A stretch of 64,000 nucleotides of DNA from a virus (lineage: Duplodnaviria > Heunggongvirae > Uroviricota > Caudoviricetes), in the IMG/VR virus record IMGVR_UViG_3300018475_000095, one strand, 5' to 3'. The notes below the pieces were generated by a model. It searched no databases, was not told the DNA's origin, and worked only from the letters and a program-made list of their open reading frames with translations. A program made the position numbers and the translations under genes. Below are positions 40,120-48,895 of the stretch, piece after piece (the first letter of the stretch is position 1; each line of letters opens with the position of its first letter).

Positions 40120-41158
40120 TTGAACCTCCAATATAACCTAACAATTCTTTAAGGAATTCATCCCCTACTAATGTTTCAGGTAACTTACCATCCCATTTGT
40201 CTATCGCCATTTGAGTTAAAATTGCTTCTTTAACTTCTGCTGTTAAAGTATTCCAAGTTGCATTCATTATTTCAAGAGCTTCTGCCTCTGCTTGTGCAAG
40301 TACTAACTCTGATTCAGCTTCTTTCTTTGCTTTTTCTAATAATGCTTCAGCTTCTTTTTTAGCAACCTCTAGTTGTTGTTCTGCTTGAATAATTGCTTTT
40401 TCTTTTTCATACTCTGCTTTGATTTTTTCTTGTTCTGCAATCATCTTATCTTCTACGGTTTTTTCAAAAGCATCACTAAAACTAATATCTGTTAATACAA
40501 CACTTGTGATATTAACATAATAGTCGTTTGTAATTGCGGCTCTAATCGATTCTTCTACATCTGGTGATACAGTTGCTCTTGTTTCAATTATTTTCATTGC
40601 GGATTTTTGAGATAACACACTTTTCATTTTCTCATTAGCAACTGTTTCAATTCTTGATTGTAGCATTTCAAGACCACCATAATTAGTTGCTATTTTCATT
40701 GCATTTTCTTGTTGAATTTGAAATTGAATTACTAACTCAATATCCATCGTTTGTCCATCACTAGAATATGCCTGTGTTTGAATAGTCGACTGTTGAACTT
40801 TTGTATCATAAATTTCGTACTTATGACTTAACCAAAAATCAAAATGCATTCCTGGAGTTCTAACTTCTTTAGCTTCACCCCAAATCTTTACTACAGCTAC
40901 TTGTCCTGCTTCAATCTGATGATAGCTACCTGGTACTATGATGAGCACAAAGAAACTTACAAGTGCAAGTATGCTTGATGCAATCAATTGAATTAGTTTT
41001 GGTTTCTTAATATATGTAACTGTCTTTTTTCCTCTAATATATTCAGCAACTTGAGTATCAACTTCTTTTTGTCCTTTCAAATTCTTAGCAGAAAAACAAG
41101 CCCAAGTTATTCCTACTGCTAATAAAATTAATGGTAAAATAATGAATATAATTTTCAT
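40112..41158 (-). CDS. SPFH/band-7 (stomatin/prohibitin-like) membrane protein
   Basis: N-terminal TM helix, YHQIEAGQVAVVKIWGE SPFH core, and an Ala/Glu-rich coiled coil. Confidence 0.8.
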   Translation of the reverse strand: MKIIFIILPLILLAVGITWACFSAKNLKGQKEVDTQVAEYIRGKKTVTYIKKPKLIQLIASSILALVSFFVLIIVPGSYHQIEAGQVAVVKIWGEAKEVRTPGMHFDFWLSHKYEIYDTKVQQSTIQTQAYSSDGQTMDIELVIQFQIQQENAMKIATNYGGLEMLQSRIETVANEKMKSVLSQKSAMKIIETRATVSPDVEESIRAAITNDYYVNITSVVLTDISFSDAFEKTVEDKMIAEQEKIKAEYEKEKAIIQAEQQLEVAKKEAEALLEKAKKEAESELVLAQAEAEALEIMNATWNTLTAEVKEAILTQMAIDKWDGKLPETLVGDEFLKELLGYIGGSNA

Positions 41159-41172
41159 TTTCTCTTATCTCC

Positions 41173-41475
41173 TTAAATTAAATTAGAATCTTCATATTTA
41201 ATATTTAAAAAACTTTCTTTATAATCATCTACAGATTGCAAAGAATCAATTTCTACATATCTCTTGACTGCCTCCTCTTCATTTATTTTATCCAAGAAAA
41301 TCACATTAGTATCTAAATCTATCTGTAATACTTCTCTTTTTAATAATCCAGAAGGCAAATATTTAATTTCATAAATTAATACCTCATCTAATGTTTCTAT
41401 TCTATCTTCTACTCTAGCTTGCAATTTAAATTTCACGCTACCTCTAAGAAGTCTTTCTAAATCTTTTAATTTCAT
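41173..41475 (-). CDS. hypothetical protein
   Basis: 100-aa ORF. Confidence 0.5.
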   Translation of the reverse strand: MKLKDLERLLRGSVKFKLQARVEDRIETLDEVLIYEIKYLPSGLLKREVLQIDLDTNVIFLDKINEEEAVKRYVEIDSLQSVDDYKESFLNIKYEDSNLI

Positions 41476-41636
41476 TTACTCACCTCTATTTTAGATACAG
41501 TAATAATTTGGCAATATGGATAATCTTGTTTAAATTTAATACAAGCTTCTTTCTTACTGTTGGATTCATATTTTTTATTAAAACTTAGTAAACCTGTATT
41601 AATATCTATAAAAGATATTATGTATTGTTTTTTCAT
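41472..41636 (-). CDS. small ORF (54 aa)
   Basis: ATGA overlaps at both ends with the flanking genes. Confidence 0.35.
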   Translation of the reverse strand: MKKQYIISFIDINTGLLSFNKKYESNSKKEACIKFKQDYPYCQIITVSKIEVSK

Positions 41637-42046
41637 ATTCTTTCCTTTTCTATTTCTTTAAATTTATTAAATAAATGTGCTTTATATTTATACTTTAAAT
41701 CAATGACGCGCTGCTCTAAAACTTGAATAACTTCTTTCTTAGTTGTATCAGGTGTAACTACGATTCCTAATGCCCCTACTCTTGATTCATGATCACTAAT
41801 TCTTGTTGTTACATATCTATCACCATAAAAGAACATTATGTAATAACTATTAGTGGATATAGATTTATCTACTTTAAATGAAATCTCTGGATATTTAATT
41901 TTTATATTATTTTGCAATATAGTTTGTATTGAAGTTTCGGTTAAAGTAAATAGCTTATCTTTATTTCTTTTTTTATTAGCTCTAGCTTCTTTTAATTTTC
42001 TTTGATATTCTTTTAAATAAGCATCTAGCACTCTAGGTTTTTTCAT
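41633..42046 (-). CDS. basic hypothetical protein
   Basis: 137-aa ORF. Confidence 0.5.
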   Translation of the reverse strand: MKKPRVLDAYLKEYQRKLKEARANKKRNKDKLFTLTETSIQTILQNNIKIKYPEISFKVDKSISTNSYYIMFFYGDRYVTTRISDHESRVGALGIVVTPDTTKKEVIQVLEQRVIDLKYKYKAHLFNKFKEIEKERI

Positions 42047-42424
42047 TTAGTCCTCCTTTGTCCAATAATTACCAATTGATTTTCTAGAACAATCCCATGT
42101 ATCTACTAATTCAAAATTATCGACGCATGTCAAATGATTAGCGACTGAAATAATAGCTTTTCTCTCCATCTGATACTCTATAAATTCAAATACAGTATAT
42201 TTTGTATTAAATGATGTTCTAGGTTGCTTATGCTTTACCCAACCTTTTTGTTCTAAGTATTTTTCATACACTTGTTTTTCATTCGGCATTCTTTTCATCT
42301 TCATTCCAAGTTTGCAGAGATCATCATAGGTTTCTTCCCAGGTTTGATCTAGAGAATAAGCTATCGCACGAATAACACAGTCACCAGCTTTTATGCCTTT
42401 TGGATTCATATTATATTTTATCAC
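42047..42424 (-). CDS. hypothetical protein
   Basis: 125-aa ORF. Confidence 0.5.
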   Translation of the reverse strand: MIKYNMNPKGIKAGDCVIRAIAYSLDQTWEETYDDLCKLGMKMKRMPNEKQVYEKYLEQKGWVKHKQPRTSFNTKYTVFEFIEYQMERKAIISVANHLTCVDNFELVDTWDCSRKSIGNYWTKED

Positions 42425-42498
42425 GTTAACCTCCTATATTATAATTATATACTATCATTAACAAAAAGCAAACCGATTTTGAATATATTTATATAAAA

Positions 42499-42831
42499 TT
42501 ATTCATTTGAAACAATCTCAATATGTTTCTCATTGTTAAACCAGTTAGTATTATATTTGCTTATAATAGAGATCTTAAATACAGAAATTGATCTCACAAA
42601 ATCTTGTAAATCTTTTTTATTACCGCAATATAAAGGGTCATTACCTGTTATTATAACTTGACAGATATCATTATTATTTATTTGTGATATTAATGTATTT
42701 TTAATATCTAAATACTTAAAATTCTTATTATCTTTTGGCGGTGACTTTCTGCATTGCTTGCAATTATTACTACATCCTGCTACATATACATAAGCTATAT
42801 CTTGTTTAAATTCTACTTTTTCTATAAACAT
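42499..42831 (-). CDS. second small NrdG-like radical-SAM activase-like protein
   Basis: GCSNNCKQC cluster and ITGNDPLY. Confidence 0.5.
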   Translation of the reverse strand: MFIEKVEFKQDIAYVYVAGCSNNCKQCRKSPPKDNKNFKYLDIKNTLISQINNNDICQVIITGNDPLYCGNKKDLQDFVRSISVFKISIISKYNTNWFNNEKHIEIVSNE

Positions 42832-42907
42832 ATTAACACCTCTTTATATCATATATTATATAATAAAAAGATAGAGAAGTAAACTGATTTCTCTATCTTT
42901 TAATACA

Positions 42908-43360
42908 TTAATTTAATCTTATTATTCTTTGATTGCTGGAACCTCTAAATGGTAATGTAATATCTCTTTTATCTTGTTCAAATTTCCCATCCACTAAAAC
43001 GTCTATGTAATTTAATACACCAAAGTTTTTCATGTCTTCATACAAATAACCAGTATATAACCAAATAGTTTTACTAGGAAATTTTTCTTTTATCTCTTTT
43101 GTTAGAGCTACAATTTCATCTCTGTTTCCTGGATAAAATGGATCCCCACCACTAAATGTAATCCCATCTATGTAATCTCTATCTAATAATTCAAATAATT
43201 TTTGTTTGGTTTGTTCTGTAAATAGTTTACCTCGTGTCTCGTCCCAACATTCTGGATTGTGACAGCCTTTGCAGTAGTGTGAACAGCCTGTAACAAATAA
43301 AACAACTCTGACACCTTCACCATCTGCAATAGAGCAATCTAAAATTTGTTGATATCTCAT
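42908..43360 (-). CDS. nrdG: anaerobic ribonucleotide reductase activating protein
   Basis: GCSHYCKGC radical-SAM cluster and FSGGDPF. Confidence 0.85.
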   Translation of the reverse strand: MRYQQILDCSIADGEGVRVVLFVTGCSHYCKGCHNPECWDETRGKLFTEQTKQKLFELLDRDYIDGITFSGGDPFYPGNRDEIVALTKEIKEKFPSKTIWLYTGYLYEDMKNFGVLNYIDVLVDGKFEQDKRDITLPFRGSSNQRIIRLN

Positions 43361-43361
43361 A

Positions 43362-43619
43362 TTATCTCACCTTAATTTTTTTCTTATTTAATATTTGTGA
43401 ATTGCTATAAACTAAATAATTTGTTAAAGGTTCGCCTTGCCAGCCAGAAAAGCCTTGATATATAATTCCATCTTTTCCAAATATTTCAAATATAGCATCA
43501 TAAGCTTCATCAGTATATTTATTTTGTACATTAAACAATATTTCACTAATAATATCATTATCACTATTGTTATATGCAAATAAAGATTCTACACAATTAT
43601 TTAAAACATTTTCATAACC
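43362..43619 (-). pseudogene. start-less in-frame continuation downstream of the ART-like gene, possibly a decayed C-terminal domain
   Basis: Eighty-five-codon open frame in phase with the upstream gene across its TAA, with no ATG. It ends 2 nt before the nrdG ATG. Confidence 0.3.
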
Positions 43620-43934
43620 TTAATCTTCATACCAACCATAGTTAGATAAATAATCTTTTCCAATAGGATCTACATATTTTCTAATATAATTTTTAACTTG
43701 ATTTTTAGCTATAGTTATACTGTCATCTCAAAATGGTTTTCTAATTAATAAATCTGCTTCTATAACATAATCACCATAACTTTTAGCTTGATTAATTTCG
43801 TCTGTAAAGTAAAAGCCAAATCCATGCCCTAATGCATGAGCTCCAATGAATTGCTGCTCAAATCTGTCGAATTCTGCATTAGATCCATGATATGCGTGGT
43901 ATAAATTATTAATCTCTTCCTTTAAAAATTTCAT
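43620..43934 (-). CDS. small H-Y-E-class ADP-ribosyltransferase-like protein with in-frame TGA (43728-43730)
   Basis: AYHGSNAEF and GHGFGFYFTDE resemble the PARP HGS and GKGIYFAD motifs. After the TGA, 35 more sense codons run to a TAA (verified). Confidence 0.45.
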
Positions 43935-44016
43935 TACGTCTCCTAAATAAATATCTTATACTTATTCCACCTATACCGTTTCCTAAAACTATAATTAATA
44001 ATCTTAATAATACCTC

Positions 44017-44493
44017 TCAAGAATATATAAAAGTAAAATTAAAGTAAAACATGTCTGCAATACAGTGTTCTAATCCTATAACTACAAAGATAATAACTCC
44101 AAAGAAAAGAGATAAAATACCTCTTATATCTTTGAACTTATTGTATCCTTCTACCGCTATATAAATTAATATGTTACATAAAATTCCGAGTATAAATAAA
44201 CTTATATAGGAATCACTTAATTTGATTTCACATATTGCATTTGCATACTCTATTAGATTAATTAACCGTGTAGCTCTACACATTAAAGCTAGTAATAATG
44301 TTCCTATAAAATTACCAAGTAAAGTTATAACTACTTCTAAATAATTTTTCTTTTCTATAACATAACAAATCTTACCTGTGAATAAATTTAATTTAAAAGT
44401 AAGTATAACAAATAATCCTACAGTAAATAAGAAAGCACCCACTATTTTATCAGGAGATGATAGATAGGCTAAACAGCCTATCCCTATAAACAT
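44017..44493 (-). CDS. polytopic membrane protein
   Basis: Four or five TM helices. Confidence 0.5.
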   Translation of the reverse strand: MFIGIGCLAYLSSPDKIVGAFLFTVGLFVILTFKLNLFTGKICYVIEKKNYLEVVITLLGNFIGTLLLALMCRATRLINLIEYANAICEIKLSDSYISLFILGILCNILIYIAVEGYNKFKDIRGILSLFFGVIIFVVIGLEHCIADMFYFNFTFIYS

Positions 44494-44530
44494 TCCTGCT
44501 AAGATTGATTTAATAAATCAATTTAATATT

Positions 44531-47500
44531 TTATTCAATAGGAACTCCTGTGTGTTTGACTCTATCTTCTACTTCCGCTATCTTACCTTCATTAAAATTA
44601 TGATAATCTGTAGAAACATATCCTGTAACTCTTCTTAATCTTTCAATATTATCTGAACCACATTCTGGACATTTATCATTCATTTCTTCTTGATGTCCGC
44701 AGTCCATACAAACATCATTTGGTACGTTTATAGCAAAGTAAGGTATATCTTTATCCATAGCATAATTAACTAATTTTTCAATAGCTTCTATATTATGAAT
44801 TGAAGATGAATCTAATTCTACATAAGTAATACACCCAGCTGAAGAATAACCTGTTAATTGACTTTCAATATCTATTTTATCAAAAGCATTTATGTTATGG
44901 TATACTGGAACATGCATTGAATTAGTAAAATATTTTCTATCAGATATATTTGGAATAATACCATATTTTTCTTTAAATTTAGTCATAGCAGTTTTACATA
45001 AAGATTCTGCAGGAGTATAATAAACACCAAAATTTAATTTATATTGTTCTTTAAAATAAGCACATTTATCTTTAAATAATTGTTCTATCTTTTTAGCAAG
45101 TTCCATACCTTCTTTTGTAGTATGGTCTTTTCCAATTAATATTTGTAAACATTCAGCAAGACCTAATTGACCTATAACTAATGTTCCATGTTTTAAAGCA
45201 CTCCTAATTCCTTCTTCTGGAATATAACCAGCCATTGTGTTATTTTCATACATAAATGGGGCTGATTTAGGTGATTGGCTACAGATATGCTCAAATCTTT
45301 CTATCAAAGAGTCTTTTGCTTCATTTATTTTACATTCAAGTAATCTCATAAATACATCTATATCTGATTCTTCTGAAGCTCTTGTACATTCTTTAGATTT
45401 CATTGCTATTGTTGGTAATATAATAGTAGTAGGTGCAATATTTCCTCTACCATCTTTTTGTTGTTTTAAACCATTAATATCCCAACCATTTGCAGTTCTA
45501 CAGTTATGCATTATAATATCTGAACCTATAAATGAACCAGTTTCAGTACCTATATCGTAGCTATCAACTGCTTCCCAATGCCAACATATATCAGTTATTT
45601 CTAACTCTAAATTATCAGCTCTATAAAGTTTATCACCTATTTTTAATTGATCTGCTCTTGTAAATTTATCTCCTGTCCATAGAGGGTGATCTTCAGTACA
45701 AGACAAACAATATTCTTTATCGTATTCTTTGTAATAGATATGCATCATATACGGAGTATTTAATTTATCATTTTTAAAGATATGTTTGATCTTTACCCAT
45801 TTATTATCTCTATCTAATACTTTAATATCAAATTCAGATAAATCAATCAATTCTTGTTTTTTACTCAAATCAACTTTAAATACAGGTCTATCATATACTC
45901 TATGCCTAGATTTTTGAGTAATTAACTTATAATATTTCTTATCTGTTCCTCTAGGATTTATATTTGCATTCTTTTGAATATAAAGGTTTTCAGCTTCTTT
46001 ATAATCTTCAGTTATTTCTAATACTTTAAATTCATAATTAGCTGTATCAATATCCCCAAAATTTATTCCTGCATCAATCCCACCTGTTTTGCCTATAGCA
46101 CATTTATGCTCAGCGCATCTTCTAGAAATAGAACTTGAACTTCCAATATATGTGACATCTTCTGGTAAATAAGTTATTGAATAAACACCTGGTAGATTAG
46201 GTAATCCAGATTTTTCTTGATAATGTCTACCTAAAGGCTCTTCATTTAATTTTTCTCTGTTATACCAAATCTGTGTTTTCTTATAATTTTGTAAATCATC
46301 TGTTTTACAATAATCAAATAAGTCTCTGATAGATAAGTCAATAGGTTCTTCATTTCCTATTTTAACTGTTAGATGTTCATGACCACTCAAAGCACCCATT
46401 GTACTAAAATATGTTTTTGGATCATTTACATCGTAACCTGCATTACCACTCCAATCAACTGAGGCATAATTTGGATACAATCTCTTTGAAGTTGATTTTA
46501 ATGCTAACTTAAATAAGTCATAATTTGGATCGCCCGGTTTTCTGTTAACACCTTTCATGCACTGGAATATACCACAAGGGAATATACTTGTTCTATGATA
46601 TTTTCCTAAACCTTCAATAGATACATTTAACAATTCTTCTGTTATCATTCTACCTTCTGGTAAAGTGCAAGTTCCATAATTTATAGAGCTAAATGGTAGT
46701 TGTTGTCCACTTCTTGATTGTAATGAATTTAAATTGTGATATAATGCTTCAACTGCTTGATGTGTTTCTTTTTCAGTTTGTCTCATAGCATATTCATAAG
46801 CATCTTGATTTAGTTTATATTTTTCGTCAATTATAGAAGTTTCTTTTGTAATTCCTTCTAAATACTTTTCATTACCGAACCAATATAATCCTTCTTTATA
46901 ATGTTTATAAAAACTCTTTCTTACATAAGGGACCATTGACCAATCAAAGTGAGTATATGATACACCACCAAATTGACATAAACTTTGTAATTGCATTATA
47001 ACAGCTGACAATTGCATCGCTGTATTTACTGTTCCAGCAGGTCTTATATCTGTCTGTTTAACTTTAAATCCTTTTGCTAATAAATCATCTAAAGGAATTG
47101 ATAAACAATTATGCATACCACTTGCATAAGCATCTAAATCATGTATATAAATTTCATTATTAATATGATTATTTCTAGTAGTTTCTGATACTAAATTATT
47201 AAGTGCATATTCTTTTAATATAGTTCCAAATGCTTCTTTCTCTCTTCCACTGAAAGTATTTTCATCTAGGTTTGCATTTGAATTTTCTACATTCTTTGCT
47301 TCTAGTTTAGCTTTAACTTTATTCATTAGTTCAGTATAACTATTTCTAGCTAGTTTATGTAATTGTCTATATTCTATGTATGCTTTTGCTTGTTCATATT
47401 TATTAGCTTCCATCAAAGTTAGTTCTACAATATCTTGAATTTGTTCTACAGTATAATTTTTTCTTTTATCTAATTGTTGTGTTACTTTATTTGTTAATTC

Positions 47501-47626
47501 TGTTATCACACCATCATTAACATACTCACCTTTAGGACAACAATCTTCAAAACAACCTAATATTGCTTTCCATATTTTATACTCATCAAATTTTTGCTTT
47601 GATCCATCTCGTTTTATAATTTGCAT
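44531..47626 (-). CDS. nrdD: anaerobic ribonucleoside-triphosphate reductase, interrupted by an intein-like insertion
   Basis: Class III RNR; C-terminal CMDCGHQ...CPECGS zinc ribbon plus glycyl-radical RVTGYVS. At 1031 aa it is far longer than typical NrdD. Confidence 0.9.
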   Translation of the reverse strand: MQIIKRDGSKQKFDEYKIWKAILGCFEDCCPKGEYVNDGVITELTNKVTQQLDKRKNYTVEQIQDIVELTLMEANKYEQAKAYIEYRQLHKLARNSYTELMNKVKAKLEAKNVENSNANLDENTFSGREKEAFGTILKEYALNNLVSETTRNNHINNEIYIHDLDAYASGMHNCLSIPLDDLLAKGFKVKQTDIRPAGTVNTAMQLSAVIMQLQSLCQFGGVSYTHFDWSMVPYVRKSFYKHYKEGLYWFGNEKYLEGITKETSIIDEKYKLNQDAYEYAMRQTEKETHQAVEALYHNLNSLQSRSGQQLPFSSINYGTCTLPEGRMITEELLNVSIEGLGKYHRTSIFPCGIFQCMKGVNRKPGDPNYDLFKLALKSTSKRLYPNYASVDWSGNAGYDVNDPKTYFSTMGALSGHEHLTVKIGNEEPIDLSIRDLFDYCKTDDLQNYKKTQIWYNREKLNEEPLGRHYQEKSGLPNLPGVYSITYLPEDVTYIGSSSSISRRCAEHKCAIGKTGGIDAGINFGDIDTANYEFKVLEITEDYKEAENLYIQKNANINPRGTDKKYYKLITQKSRHRVYDRPVFKVDLSKKQELIDLSEFDIKVLDRDNKWVKIKHIFKNDKLNTPYMMHIYYKEYDKEYCLSCTEDHPLWTGDKFTRADQLKIGDKLYRADNLELEITDICWHWEAVDSYDIGTETGSFIGSDIIMHNCRTANGWDINGLKQQKDGRGNIAPTTIILPTIAMKSKECTRASEESDIDVFMRLLECKINEAKDSLIERFEHICSQSPKSAPFMYENNTMAGYIPEEGIRSALKHGTLVIGQLGLAECLQILIGKDHTTKEGMELAKKIEQLFKDKCAYFKEQYKLNFGVYYTPAESLCKTAMTKFKEKYGIIPNISDRKYFTNSMHVPVYHNINAFDKIDIESQLTGYSSAGCITYVELDSSSIHNIEAIEKLVNYAMDKDIPYFAINVPNDVCMDCGHQEEMNDKCPECGSDNIERLRRVTGYVSTDYHNFNEGKIAEVEDRVKHTGVPIE
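45506..46396 (-). mobile_element. intein-like (Hint) element within nrdD carrying a GIY-YIG endonuclease domain
   Basis: Block-A-like ALSGHEHLTVKIG...IRDL, GIY-YIG core GVYSITYL...YIGSS...R...EH, block-B-like TEDHPLWT, and block F/G SYDIGTETGSFIGSDIIMHN followed by Cys. Confidence 0.55.
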
Positions 47627-47720
47627 TGATATCCTCCTTATGATTTATACAGTGAATAAAATAGTTCTTATAAACGTTTTAAATGTTCATAAGAACTACT
47701 ATATCTCCTTTTCTTTGAAT

Positions 47721-48212
47721 TTATATCTTATAATTCTCGTATAATATACCAGAACTATAATATCTTTTTATCTTTTTTATAATATCTTCTGGTAAAATAT
47801 CTTTTGTATTAAAATACTTACCAGCTTTTCTATCTCCTCTAATACCTATTCATATAATAGGATATTTAGTCAGCCAATTTTCTAACGTATCTAGTTGAGA
47901 ATAAGTAGGTAATTTCGTAGGTAATTCTATGTAAGGATCTGAATCTGTTAATACTCCATCATTTACTCTTATGCAATTAAAATCGTCTATAAGAATAAGT
48001 TTGTCTAGTTCGAATGGTGAAGTCTCTATTAAATTATTATCATAAAGAAAATCATCTACTCACATGTGAGATCCTTCCTCTATATTTAAATATTCACCAT
48101 CCTTCAGTATATAAGCAGCCCCACCAAAATAACCAAAGCTTATTTGATTATCAAATAAATTTAAAATTTCTTGATATAAAGCTATGTTTGAATTTTCTCT
48201 TAAAAATCTCAT
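47721..48212 (-). pseudogene. degenerate or frameshifted gene with an additional in-frame TGA at 47850-47852
   Basis: ATG 48212 gives 53 codons then TGA. Downstream coding potential moves between frames, and the final 105-codon open frame contains one TGA. Confidence 0.35.
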
Positions 48213-48415
48213 TATTTTCCTCTATACAATAGGCCAGAAGCTTGATCCCCTCTAGCAATTATCCTACCATAAAAATCCCTTGTAACATTAGATGCTTTAT
48301 CATATCTACCAAGTATCCTACGATAAAAATCTCTTATGACTTTATTTCCTTTATCATCAGTTTGAATATAACCTATAATTTTACCATAAAAATCTCTTAT
48401 TATTTCTTCTTGCAT
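48212..48415 (-). CDS. small tandem-repeat protein
   Basis: Three roughly 20-aa repeats: IRDFYGKIIGY, IRDFYRRILGRY and TRDFYGRIIARG. Confidence 0.5.
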   Translation of the reverse strand: MQEEIIRDFYGKIIGYIQTDDKGNKVIRDFYRRILGRYDKASNVTRDFYGRIIARGDQASGLLYRGK

Positions 48416-48789
48416 TAGTTTTCTTTCTCCATATAATTTATAATATTATACAGTTTTTGAAATTTCTCTTCTTCCGAATATTCTTCTTGTTTATCAAATG
48501 CTTGAGTTATAGCATACCTTGGCATATTCAAAAAACTCTGAATTCTCTTTATTATCTTTGATTCGGAGAACTCTGTTTGAAAGAATGATATATCACAAAC
48601 TTTGCAAGGTATATTCCCATCATCTATATAAGGGCCAGCTTCAAGTATTTTAGAAAAGCCTAATTCTGTTCTTATCCATAAATATACTTTAACACCTTTA
48701 TCACTGAACGCCTCTATAAAACAATTACCCAAATTTTCTATATTTAGTGTATCTGAATATGTTTGTACATAATAATATTTAAATTCCAT
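48415..48789 (-). CDS. hypothetical protein
   Basis: 124-aa ORF. Confidence 0.5.
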   Translation of the reverse strand: MEFKYYYVQTYSDTLNIENLGNCFIEAFSDKGVKVYLWIRTELGFSKILEAGPYIDDGNIPCKVCDISFFQTEFSESKIIKRIQSFLNMPRYAITQAFDKQEEYSEEEKFQKLYNIINYMEKEN

Positions 48790-48895
48790 CTTAAATTATC
48801 CTTAATAGTTTACTATTAATGTAAACTTAGTAGTATATTTATTTTATTAATCCTTTTAGAATAAAAAGAATATAGTAAACTCCTATGTAAACTTT

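Noticed and set aside
43620-43622. TAA readthrough joining the ART-like gene to the 85-codon tail.
   Set aside because: TAA suppression is implausible and no UUA-anticodon tRNA is present. A pseudogene remnant is more parsimonious.
48051-48064. An apparent second TGA readthrough near 48060.
   Set aside because: Careful re-reading shows the sequence is ...CAC ATG TGG AGT AGA TGA followed by TGA TAA TAA in frame. This is a genuine stop cluster, not a single recoded codon. My first pass mis-read one base.
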